In this document: piece after piece, positions 13,869 through 25,480 of the stretch
Layout: each line of letters begins with the position of its first letter
How positions within the stretch are numbered: position 1 is the stretch's first letter
NCBI GenBank assembly: GCA_002633005.1
Contig: NMRA01000321.1
Span: 182,724 to 246,723, forward strand
Reading direction: 5' to 3'
DNA from: Phoronis australis
Taxonomy: Eukaryota; Animalia; Phoronida
Length of the DNA stretch: 64,000 nt
The notes under the pieces: model-generated
Told to the model about the DNA's origin: nothing
What the model saw: the letters and a program-made list of their open reading frames with translations, nothing else
Databases searched by the model: none
Program-made: the position numbers and the translations under genes

Positions 13869-13990
13869 ACTGTGCTGAGTCGTACCACGCTGGGATGACA
13901 TCTAGCGGCGTCTACAATATTTACCCACGTGACGGCGGCCACAAAGTGTCAGTGTTCTGTGACATGGATACAGACGGGGGCGGCTGGACG
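13869..13990 (+). CDS. Fibrinogen-related domain (FReD) protein, first identified exon
   Basis: tttcag|..|gtaagc boundaries; encodes (D)CAESYHAGMTSSGVYNIYPRDGGHKVSVFCDMDTDGGGWT, the canonical FReD N-terminus; phase 1 to phase 0. Not present in the ORF track. Confidence 0.93.
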
Positions 13991-14763
13991 GTAAGCACTT
14001 GAACAGTTTAAACGCAATATACACAACCACACATGCAAGGTTTTTCAGGGTTCCATATTTCTGTAGTTATTGGAAACGTAAGTTCGAAACGTTAGTTGTT
14101 TGTACTCGGATAAAAGTTCGTCATTGAGGTCGATACTTCACAAACATAAGTTCGAAAATAACAGCTCATAATTCGTAGCCCTTTCAAGCGTCCCAAAATA
14201 TTCTCAAACAATCAGCGTAAAGTGGTTCATATGATATCATCGTGACCACGAAATTGCTTGGAAGCCACACTGCATACATGTAACAGCTGAGTGCAATTTC
14301 TTGAACGTTCTTCATTAGTCGATCTGACTCGTCATGTGCCGTGCGACAAAAATCCCGATCAGCAAGAACTGTTCTAGACTAGGTGCAAAGCTGTAAACCA
14401 TCTACAGCTTTGCACCGATGTGGGTAAAATCTTACCCCATAGTATTGTCAGTAAAAGCTACACCGCTCTTCTTTGAGTGAACCAAATTATTTACCACTGT
14501 TGGAAAAATTGGAGTTCTACCGCTCATTTACTGATCAAATTGAAGTGCTCTCTTTTGAGTCGGCTTTTGACGATTACGTCACCTGACCTGAACAATTTCT
14601 TTCCCCCCAGTACTTTGTGCTTCTATCAACTGCTCTTCACTGCCACGAGGTTCTGTACATGTAAAAACAAATTGTCGGAACTGGTTTCATTTCGTTACCT
14701 TTTTAGTATTTTTAAGACCAGCAAAACGAATTTTAGAACAAACTTTGCTGCTGCGAAGTTTAA

Positions 14764-16425
14764 AGGAGCATGTCACCCAAAAACAACCTAATTTGTATCA
14801 ATTTAGATCGAGTAGTTCTACTCCATAACGGAACGTACGGTTGCGTTACTTGACACCTGCCAGCAGACGGAGGTGTTGAAATTATCCAATGACGTAATTG
14901 GTTTCACACGCAATCTGTTTAGCAGTTCACAACACGGGTAACTGGTGTCAGCTTATCGCTTGAATTTATCATTTAACACCAATAAGTCATCAAACTTCGA
15001 TGTAAAACCCTTAAAAATAAACCGAGTTCTTATAAAAACGTGTTGTTTTATTTCGCTGTTACGAATTTATTGGTATTTGGACACACCGTAGCCCGGAAGT
15101 TCGGCAGGCCAATAAGGTCCGTAGCAGGAGTTTGGGTTCTGATCGGAGACAAATTCGAAATATTTTCCGTGAGATACAGACAGAATAAACCAGACCTGTG
15201 TTGTTTAGACTTGTGATTTTTTGAGTTCTAAACACAAAAAACGCTTGTTATCCTGACCAATGGCTCCGAGCCGGATTGACTCGTTAACCCGGCTAGTGGA
15301 TCGGAAACTGATCAGACATCACGAGCATAAACCAGCCAAAGTTGGAAACTAAACTTCCAGTCAAGAAAATACTATACTAGTGAGCCAAAGTAATGCGCAC
15401 GTGATTATGTTGGCGAATTACCCACGAAACTGCAAATCTACTTACCCGTCGGGAGCCGCGAATTTAGGTTCCGCTTTGGCCACGTGCACCGTCAGAAGTT
15501 GTACAATGACAATCATTATTTTAATAATGTAAATGTGAACAAAAAGTCGCCTAACACCAGGCCGTGGGGTGGAAATCGACTGAGTTGTTTCACAACAGTT
15601 TCTGTCAGCAAACACTAAATTAGCATGAGCTCACATGGCCTCCGGTGTCCCGTCAATTAGTTTTATTGCACGTAAAGCCGGTAACGCAGTTATTTATTCG
15701 TTGCTGGCTTGTCAAATCATTTGCACTCACGAAAACTTCAAAGGCATTACAAATTTCTTCTAATGAGGCACACTTTTTTCATTTTATATAAGTATTGGTT
15801 AGGGTGAGAATAATTCATTTTGAAACAGAACGCTCAGTAATAAACATCAACATGGCAACTCGCAATCCCGACTTAGACGAGAGCTCATCAGTCGATCCCT
15901 ACGAAGACTTCGCAGGTGGATCGTTGAATTTCACAGGCTATCAATTCGAACAGGAATAGAGTGATGAAGAAATATTAGAGAGGCGCCGTGAACAAGCTCA
16001 GATAACGGAACATATGGATTGGATAATTATTTGGTAAGCCGGCATTCGTCAGGCACTCACTCGGCTGCCGACGACTGCAGGCCACAGACACGGAGATTTT
16101 TCACGGCCTCATACTTGCTATTTACAGCGTACTTTTCATTCTTCACTACCAAGAGCAACTTACTAAGCATTTCAGAAGTCGAAAAAAAACGATATACCCG
16201 TTTTTCTCGCAGCTGCATAGTTCGGACAAGCGGGTACGATACACTGCAACATAGCGGCATTCACTCTGCAGATGAGCCACTGACGTCACTAGCGTCGTTT
16301 CTCACCTTCCTCACAGGTTAACGCGACACCTCTTGGCAAGGTGAAGTCGACCGTATGCGAGGTGATGTGGATATAGACCGATCAAGATGGCAAAAAAGAC
16401 TAATTAAATCGAGTGGCATTCTCCT
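14764..16425. mobile_element. Non-autonomous Kolobok transposon, copy 1 (inside FReD intron)
   Basis: TTAA on both sides (14760-63, 16426-29). Termini AGGAGcatgtcacc and gagtggcattCTCCT. Carries a minus-strand THAP remnant (~16010-16260) and a plus-strand acidic GYQFE.E.SDEEILERRR ORF start (15852-16020). Confidence 0.85.
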
Positions 16426-16650
16426 TTAAAGCCGTCACAATGTCCCAAGAGACGTATTGCAAAAATTTAGGACGGCGCGAGGGCGTGAAGCGAGCGTACT
16501 GTTTTCAAAATGATGGCAGACTTTCTTTGTTACAAAACTAACTTTTATTAGATTCTTAGATTGTTAAATGACTAGCAACTGGCAAGGCCAGTGTCGGAAT
16601 TGCCTCCCAGATTTTGTATGCACCCGGGCGGTCATTGGATCTGCGATATA

Positions 16651-17911
16651 TGAGGGTTAAATAAGTTCTCGGCCTCACCAAGAAAACAGGGACGTAGATT
16701 AATTTTGTTCACCCCATAGCAAAATTTCATCTTTAATAAAAGTACTGCGTTTGGGCTAAATTAGGTGGCGCTGCTTCAAAAAAGCAAACGACAACACATT
16801 TAGCAGAATGCAGATAACGGAGACGAGAGCTGTCATAAAGTTCTTGGTTAAGAAAGGAATGAAACCAACAGATATTCATGACGAGGTGCAAAAAACACTC
16901 GGAACAGACTTCCCGAGCTACTCCACACTAAAAAAGTGGGCAGCTTGTTTCAAGAGGGGTAGAGAAAGCGTTGAAGGTGACCCTCGTCCAGGAGGTACAA
17001 AATCGTCGACCTCCAGTTAAAATGTACAGAAAAATCCTGCAATGGTTATAAAAGACAGGCGAATGACTGTTCAACAATTGACAAACACTTTTCGTATCAA
17101 CAATAGGTACGTCTCTATAATTTTGAGTGAAGATTTAGGCATGAATAAGCTGAGTGCACGATGGGTGCCAAGAACGTTTATTCGGGATCAGAAAATGAGC
17201 AGAATGCAAGTTTCAAAGGAACTTTTAGGAAGATTCCAAGCAGACCCTGCCAAATTTTCCAAAATACTCGTAACCCAGGACTGGGATGAGATATGGGTCC
17301 ACCACTTTGACCCAGAATCAAAACAACAAGTAAAAAAAGGAAGCACGTGGGTTCCCCAAGCCCGAGAAAGTTCAAGTTGGGTGCCTCTGCGAAGTTATGG
17401 CCTCTGTGTTCTGGGACATCGAAGGTATTCTGAAGATTGACTACTTGCAACGAGGACACGCTGTTACTGGGGATTACTATGCATCACTTCTGGAAAAACA
17501 AAAAAGCAACCAAAGAAAAAAGACGCGGGAAGTTTCGGGGTGGAGTGCTGTTGCTTCAAGACAACGCACCTGTTCATTCTGCCCAAGTTGCGGTGGTTGA
17601 AGCAACTAGATGTGGCTTTGAAATCTTTCCGCACCCCGCCTATTCTCCAGACCTGGCCCCGTCCGATTTTTATTTGTTTCCACACTTGAAGGCCTACCTG
17701 CGTGGACGCCAGTATGTGAGCGGTGATGACGTCATGAGTGCAGTGAAGGGGCTCGACAAAAGTTTTTTTTACGAAGGCATTGCAAAACTGGAGCACAGAT
17801 GGAAGAAATGCATTGATGTAACGGGAGATTATACTGAAAAAGTAAAAGTCAAAATTAATTGTTATCGCATTGTTTTCTGGGTGAGGCCGAGAACTAATTG
17901 AACGACCCTCG
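16651..17911 (+). mobile_element. Mariner element (DD34D, irritans-like), full length, inactivated
   Basis: TA at 16649-50 and 17912-13. TIRs tgagggtt..aataagttctcggcctcacca and ggtgaggccgagaactaattgaacgaccctcg. Length 1261 bp. Confidence 0.93.
16808..17850 (+). pseudogene. Mariner transposase, frameshifted
   Basis: N-terminal HTH region, WVPR, VTQD..E.W, LLQDNAPVH and YSPDLAPSDFYLF, with exactly 34 residues between the last two catalytic Asp; split over four ORFs. Confidence 0.93.
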
Positions 17912-17935
17912 TAAGTTTCACGACGAGGTGAATAA

Positions 17936-18235
17936 CAGGGGCGGATCCAGGATTTTGAGTTAGGGGGGCAGGGCACAGGAATAACTGGAATTCCACCAAT
18001 GCGCGAGCCCAGCCTAAAATGTAGGGATGTAGGAGGTCTTGACTTTTTGGGTTTGTGGACCTTGTTACTAAAAACGGGTTTTGTGCAAGGCCTATGCATT
18101 GTGCATTCGCCCCCGAGCTCCCCTGGCTGCGGGGATATGCTAGTCAGCAATTCGCACCTCAAACTGCCACCGTGAAACTAGTAGAATTTTAGGTGGGCCC
18201 ATGCTTCTCTTGGCCCCTCCCTAAATCCGCCACTG
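17936..18235. mobile_element. GC-ended MITE (hAT-like CAG(G/T)GGCGGA termini)
   Basis: Starts caggggcggatccagg and ends ctaaatccgccactg. An inverted relative lies at 61666-61822 (shared ctaactcaaaatcctg) and a fragment near 29917-29949. No TSD seen. Confidence 0.6.
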
Positions 18236-18243
18236 AATCATAC

Positions 18244-18480
18244 CCGGCCTGTATGGAATTTCGTTTTATAACGGATATCAACTCACAGTGTTACCTAGCC
18301 ATATTTTGCGATAGTCTCCAAAAAGCTACATGTAGCTGATAGGCTACAATTAAGATCTGCAGTGCGCACTTCGACGTTTCGTGTTACTGTTCCGGCCCTG
18401 CGTTTAGGGAATCCAGCACAAAACGGAATATTCTGATGTGGGTCGTTCCCGTAGGCCTAACGGAATTCTCATACTGGCGG
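18244..18480. mobile_element. MITE with ~22-bp imperfect TIRs
   Basis: ccggcctgtatggaatttcgtt and aacggaattctcatactggcgg. Confidence 0.5.
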
Positions 18481-21400
18481 CCCATATCGGAATATATTTT
18501 TTATTGGCTTTAAAGCTTTTAATTGATTACAAATCCTTATAATTCGGTATGTTTCCGTTCAATCCAGACTTTATTTCATAGTTTTAATTTATTACAGATA
18601 TTCAAAACGTTGTGTTGCTATACAATTTTCGATTTTTTGAGGCTGATCGAGTCAAAATGGCGGCGACTACGGGTTGCAGGATTTCAACGCGAATTATTTT
18701 GAAAATTAAGTTTCTAATATAAAACTTTTAATGAATTTAAATATAATTGCTTTGTAGGAAAATATCAATCAAGCATGCGTTGTAACGTTTCCACGTACAT
18801 GTATTTTAACGGCCTATTGTCGCCGAGACCCTAATGCTGGACACACACTCGACAGCAGCCACACAGCGTTCACACTTCGGCTTCAAGAAGACATGAACGC
18901 AAAGTTCCTAGCATCCAAGTTTCTGTATCAAGCAAACTACACCTTATAATAAACATTGTGAAATTGCCTGAAAACAATTTGGACCAAGCGTCTTGTTTTT
19001 TCCGGCTGTTTGGGCGACCCCAGTTACCCTCGCTGTGGATTCCCGTACGGGCTCGTATTAGAATGTGTGTTAATATTAATTGACATGAAGTGAACAATTA
19101 ACGAATTTCCACGTATTTGCACTAAATTAAACGACCAGTCATTGATTCCAATACGATGGAGACACGGTAAAAGCCAAATTCGTTGTCACGATGATGTCGT
19201 AGACTTCGATTGGTGCAAGCGCCATCTAAAGTTTTTTTTGGCGATAAAAGGTGCTCGTGATGGGGTTGCTGTATTGTAAAAGGCCACTTTAATTGACGTC
19301 GTGTGTTGATGTTTTTCATCAATACACTAATTTAGATAGAGAAAAAAGTAGGTCTACTCTGCATCCACAGCTGTCAAGACGTTTCTCACAATATCGTTAA
19401 GGCTGAACATGGGAACCCCTTTTTAAAGTTAGTCAACAAATTCGACAAATACACTGGTCATTTACACAAGAATAAGCACCGACCGAGGGCCCTTGGTGGA
19501 TGCCCGGAGTAGTTTGGCCTCTGATGTCTTTTGTGGTCCAGTCGTTGAACCACTTTCGACAAGCTATCATGCTACTGTACATGTCAGGAATTTTTCAAAA
19601 AGACATTTTAAGTGTTAAAATAGGGATTCAGAATTTTACCGAAAGAAATTACATTTGGCCTAAATGAAAAGTTTAGGCCCTAAAACAGGTCTGTTTATGT
19701 AGCTTTTGAAAAATTACTCATGGTGTACATGTATGTAAGTTTGTCTGTGTTTAAGTGTTCGTGTTTTAGTGCGTGTTCCTGCGCGTGTGTGTATGTGAGT
19801 ATTACTACTGTTTCCAATAATAATTCAATTGTGCCAATGTTTACCGGTTGCCCGGATGCCATTTTTCGATAACTAGGTCTCTGAAAAGTTAAGCCGAGAG
19901 GTATCTTCTGCATTTACGTATACCCGTGAAATTAAATTTTAAAAATCGAACAGTTTACCCTGTAAAACAAACCCGGTCCAGTACTTCGTGTTGCTGACAG
20001 CGTACAGTGCATTTCCCAATTGTCCCGTTCTTGACGGACTGTAGCACTTTTTTGATTTTTTCAGCCATCCTGCCTCACCATCTAAATGTTCCGCTATTTG
20101 ACAAACGGCCCAATTGACAAATCATCATATACACTGTACTGTTTTTATTTCCCAAGCCACGTAGGCATATTTGTGCGTTCGACTAAAACGACAAAACGGG
20201 ATATTTCAAAGTTGTTTTCGGCACTCGTAATTTCCCATTCAATTAAAACACACTACAAAAATCACTCTCGGACATTTTGGGTGTTACATCTGCGGTTCGA
20301 CAATAACGCTGTCGGTACGCGTTCGTGAGTTGCAGCGAACATTTCACCCTTGTCCCGCTTTTTAATCCAGTTGTACCGTTTTTTCGTTCTTGAATGTTGA
20401 CCTACCACTTTCCAAAGAGTTACTGAAACCATTCATCACCGGGTACCAAATTCCCGAAGTCTAGTGTACATATTTTTACCAATATTTTATTGCATATCTT
20501 CGGATAAAAAACCCAAACTTAACGCTTAAGAGGAATTCAATTCCAGATATCAAACACATCCAAAATCGCTAAACTCTAAATGTCACATGTGAATTTATTT
20601 TAGCTGGTGTTTCTTACCGCTAAGCCATCACTAAGTCGGTATTTGATTTACTAATAGGGCGTCTTGGCGACTGCAGCAATCGTAAATATCTGTTGGCGAG
20701 GTACAAGGTGACGTGAAAGGGGCGGTGCTGGTGTTCTCTGCACATATTTTTGCATCCGTTATACGTTGTTTCCGGACCGACAATGTAGACATCGAAATTG
20801 GAACTCCGGTGTAAAACAGATATTCTAAAGACGAAAACAGACTCTCGTACTTTCAAAACTGCTAACCAGCCCAAAGAACAAGAATTCCGACCTTGAAAAC
20901 ATGAACATAACACGCTGGGACTAAAACAACACTCCTGCACGTTCTGTCAAAACACCGTTTATCTCAAGAAAATAGTACTTGTACGACATTTACCGATTTC
21001 ACATTTTGGTGACAAAATAAATATTTCTACTTTAAATATTGATATATTTTGTTTTTCTGCATGAGAATTTTAGACAACTTACGACCGATTAGCGTACAGC
21101 TCCTTATTCTCCTGCTAAAGTTGTGGTGCGATCTTTTGCGTCACGTTTTGGCCGAGTTTCTTTTGCCCCAATTCTTCAATCAACTGGTTTTCTTCCACGA
21201 GGTTGCGTACATTTCACAAATTATTGGAACTGGTTTCATTTCTTTTCAATATTTTTGTGTTTCAACCCCAGAAAACCAAATTTCAGTTCGAATTTCGTAA
21301 CAATGTTCCGCCAAAAAGAGCGTAAACGCGTTGAGTTCTGAAATTATGATTCCAATTTCCATTTTAATGATTGACGAGAAGTTAAAGTGCACTTTTTTGA

Positions 21401-22001
21401 AGGCAAAAGCGATGGAACTGTTAACGGTTCATGACTTTTGAGTGATTAATTCTTGCAGTCCATTTCAAAACTCGGAAACACGACTGTACAGGAATTAATG
21501 CACTATCGAGAAGTGAATCGATGTGGCCTATTGACAAGATGTTTAAAGCAATTCATCAATTATGACACTCGAAAGTCCAAATAATATTTTTGTTTCTGAT
21601 TTTGAAAACATTTTGGCCAAAGTATCTGAAAATAACTAAATATTCACCGAGATAACAACGTGTTGAGAGTATAGATTATGTTGACGTTCGCCAGCAGACC
21701 AAAAAAAATCAAATAAAAAAGTCAATATTTTACGTTAATAAGTTACGTTAACTTTTCGATGATATTTAAAAAACAAATGCAGAAAACAACTAGAAAGTAC
21801 TTGAATATGGTTAAACTTAAAGTTTCTGGCTACTGACATCGTCTCAGAATGATGCCGTCTCGGGAAATTTTAAAAACTGTCCGGATTTCTCGTTTAATCC
21901 CCGGAACATGTACCCTGTACATGCATATTTCCCACAACTGGCGTTTCCGCTGCGTACATGTAGAAACACGTGTGGGCTTCACTAGCACGTTATCACTGCA
22001 G

Positions 22002-22098
22002 GTTATTCAAAAACGCTACGACGGATCGCAGGACTTCAAATTAACCTGGGCGGAGTACAAGGAAGGTTTTGGTTCACCCTACAGGGAATATTGGCTTG
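22002..22098 (+). CDS. FReD protein, second identified exon
   Basis: ctgcag|..|gtaagt; [32 protein letters not shown](G); phase 0 to phase 1. Confidence 0.95.
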
Positions 22099-23108
22099 GT
22101 AAGTTAAGTAACAAGGCTTAAAATTGCTCTGTAATAGCAGGTTCATGGATTGACGGTTGTGCCAATGTGTGGTGCAGCTCACAGTTCTACTGGGTCCAGG
22201 TGTTTTTTGTTGAACAAAAGGACTCCGAGCTTTGCATGAGCTGGTGTCTTTCACACTCGAAAATAGCGAAGTGAAGCTCACCATGGACGACAGGACTGAG
22301 TTTTTGTAACTCTACTAGACGGAGATCAGCAGCTGGACGGGGAATCAGCACACGCCGTGCGTGGATCATAAAGCGATTCACCCCTTCACCCCTGTTCGTC
22401 CCCTCGTAGAGTTACTCCTAGTCAGTTTTACTGTTTTAATCGTTTTGTAGTGAGCCACCAACAGTAATACTGCTCATAGCTACATGTAGTTAAAAAACGG
22501 ATTATCAACTTTGTTGATCCCTCCATGCAATTCACAAAGTTTTCGCGTCTTAATTTGTAGTTGTACATTACCTTAATTTGGGAAATGATTTGAATGAAAA
22601 AACCATGAAACCGATGTTGCACTCGAAATTTCAATTATATCGAATTTTGGGTCCTCTTTTGGAAAGCATGGGGACCAAAACCAAGGAATGTGCAACTTAA
22701 GACCCCCTTGACTTCAATGGTAGGTACGCAGTCACTAAAATCGTTTACACCCCAAAGCGTGATTAAAGACCTGCTGCCTCTCCAGCTAGGTAGTTCACTT
22801 CCACCAGATGTTTAATGTACATGTACAGTACAATCCGGATGGCATTTCACAGAAACTGTTACCGCATGAAGCCACAAAGGACCCAAAGGGAAGTCAGTGG
22901 CACACACAATCTATGCCACGCAATAAGCAATTTCCTCGACAATTGTCTGTACATGTATATGGTTTACCTACGTGACAATGCCCCAAGTATCGTACGTTCA
23001 CCATCAGTCTTTGTAGGAACCGTCGGTCCCTTTATGTGTTTTTGCACGCTGATGGACGTGTAGGAAGAATACAATAAACTAGGCCTAACTCAAATTATGA
23101 CCTTTCAG

Positions 23109-23282
23109 GTAACGACAATATTCATGACATCGTAAATGGGAAGACCATTTACGAGTTGCGTGTTGACTTGGAAGACTTCAGTAACATCAGCGTGTTTGCA
23201 CAGTATTCAACATTCCAACTTTCCGACGAGAGAGATAAGTACAAACTGACATTGGGCAGTTACAACATCAATAGTACAGCGG
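23109..23282 (+). CDS. FReD protein, third identified exon
   Basis: tttcag|..|gtaggc; (G)NDNIHDIVNGKTIYELRVDLEDFSNISVFAQYSTFQLSDERDKYKLTLGSYNINSTA(G); phase 1 to phase 1. Confidence 0.95.
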
Positions 23283-23960
23283 GTAGGCACCTACATGTAC
23301 ATAGATATGAGGTGTTAGAAACCTGGGATCAATATGTATATTACTCCCAGTTGGAAACCTAAGTTTAATAGCAGAGTACTTGTCGCATAGGGGTTACAAA
23401 TTGTGAAGGGTTGCAGTATCTAAATTACATGAACGTCTTCGGAATAATCCCATCACGGACTCCAGGGCGGGAACAATCGAGTAGATCGTAAAATACAATG
23501 TAGTCGAAGTTTTTTTGTATCAGGAACATTCACCTGTCGTACTGAATTTTGCTGCCGACAATACCCCATCCTTAGATATAAACAAGGGGTCTATGGGATA
23601 CAAGGAGATCTTTCTGCAGACGACGATTTTAAACGTTTCCCCAAGCTCATAGGAAATGATTATCAAAACTGCAAAATGTTCAACCAGTGGAGACGATCAA
23701 AAACGACACCACTCCTTTTGGGTTCTATATTTGTGCGCAAGATACAGTAGTGATACGAGCCCTCGTGTACTCATCCTACGTAAGCTTGAGTTCGACTTTT
23801 TAGTCTCTAACTGGTTTGTACGCTTCGGGTTTATCTGCAGAAAGAATCGGTAAACGACGTTCAACCCAGTGAATATCGTGAAATTACTCCATTATCCATA
23901 AATATCGTTATTACACGAGATTACTCTTGTACATATGCGCGTTTCATGTTGTCGTTTCAG

Positions 23961-24226
23961 GAGATTCCTTAAGCCAACACGACAGAGGTTATTTTAGTAC
24001 CACTGATGTGGACAATGACGCTGCAGTCAACGCAAGCTGCGCCGTAAGGTTCAAAGGCGCATGGTGGTATAAGTCCTGTCACAGTTCCAACCTGAACGGT
24101 TTATATCTTGGGGGAAAACACGCTTCATACGCAGATGGCATTGAGTGGTACACATTTCGCGGACACTACTACTCCGTCAAACGATCTGAGATGAAAATAA
24201 GGCCGGCAAGCTTCTTCGAAGGATAA
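23961..24226 (+). CDS. FReD protein, terminal exon (FIBCD1/ficolin/tachylectin-5-like ligand-binding region)
   Basis: tttcag| then (G)DSLSQH..FSTTDVDND..CAVRFKGAWWYKSCHSSNLNGLY..HASYADGIEW..SEMKIRP, ending at TAA. Confidence 0.95.
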
Positions 24227-24264
24227 TCAAACCGCTTGTCATAGACAAGAATTGGAGCAGCTCC

Positions 24265-24405
24265 CTAGTCCAAAAATGCACTAGTCCAAAGGTAACTAGT
24301 TCAAAGGTGCACTAGTCCCAATGATCACTAGTACGAAGGTGAGTTAGTCCTAAGGTGCACTAGTGCAAAGGTGTGCTTGTCAAAGGATGCACTAGTCCGA
24401 AGGTC
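24265..24405. repeat. ~16-bp minisatellite (about 9 units) just 3' of the FReD stop codon
   Basis: Consensus ctagtccgaaggtgca; a related inverted degenerate array lies near 12765-12835. Confidence 0.8.
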
Positions 24406-24439
24406 TGCTCACTAATAAGGCGGAAGAGAGCCGTAAAAA

Positions 24440-24445
24440 AATAAA
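24440..24445 (+). promoter_or_regulatory. Candidate polyadenylation signal of the FReD gene
   Basis: First AATAAA seen after the stop codon, ~215 nt downstream. Confidence 0.4.
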
Positions 24446-24866
24446 ATGCATATTTGTGGGCATTCTACGAACCTCACTGATACATTGTAGCAAGTGTAGC
24501 GCTGCTCTTGAATGGCACTGACCTTTGGAATGTTGGACCCTTACTCAAAACATGCTTTAACAATGGTGCATTGGGAGAGACAAGGGAGCCAAGGCTCCAC
24601 TAAAATTTTTCCAAATTGCATTTGGTAGTTCGGTAATGCGAAGTTCTGGTCTCATCACGTGACCTGTATCCCGCCAGATGTGCGTTTGAAATTGTGCTGA
24701 AGATTTCTCAGTTAATTTTCTAATTTGCGTATTTAAGTTTTAAAGTATCTCATATTTCACCCATGATGAGTGCTGCCGAATCATGAAAGAGGTATGCAAG
24801 CAAAGATAGTGCATCCTTAAACGATAGAGCAGAAAACTGTCTCAGACAACTCTCGACTTCCGTCAG

Positions 24867-25480
24867 GTGGACCCGCCCCTATGTGAATCGGACTCAAATG
24901 TGGACATTGTAAAGCTCGAAAAAGAGCTGACTTCGCCCCAAGTTATTAAAACACTCCGTGATCAACTGTTCCAGCCTGCCCTTGATGATATAAAGGCTTA
25001 CAACCAGTCAATCATTAACCAGAAAAACAAAGAAATACAGCTGCTGAATAAGCAAGTCAACAAATTGTCAGTAAATCTAGACAACTTAGAGCAATACTAA
25101 AGACGTAATAATATAGTTATCTATGGATTCAAAGAATCTTTAAATGGAAAACCTGGAGCCAAAGACAATATTGCGATTGATTCCAAGGGACGCAAACTGG
25201 GTCTTAAAATTAACCCCCAGCAAATCAGGAAATCTCACAGACTGGGGCCCAAACATGGAGCTGGAGATTTGCGAAAAGATCGTCCTGTAATCTGTATATT
25301 TATGTCATACATGTACAATACCAGAGCTGCTTTCCTTCACAACAGAAGTTAACTCCGCAAACTGAATTTATCATGCCCGATCTGCCTCAGTGAAAATCTC
25401 ACGAAACAACGGTCCCTTCTGTAAGGCAGTTGTCGCCGCCTCGTGCAATCCAAAACCATCGCTAAAGTTGCATATTTTTG
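24867..25480 (+). pseudogene. LINE ORF1 remnant (coiled coil plus L1-type RRM; CR1/L2 group)
   Basis: Heptad-rich stretch, then LDNLEQY*RRNNIVIYGFKE, ..IRKSHRLGPK, RPVICIFMSY..NTR; stops and frameshifts present. Confidence 0.8.

Noticed and set aside
17464-18162. 232-aa minus-strand ORF
   Set aside because: Antisense shadow of the mariner transposase plus an adjacent MITE.
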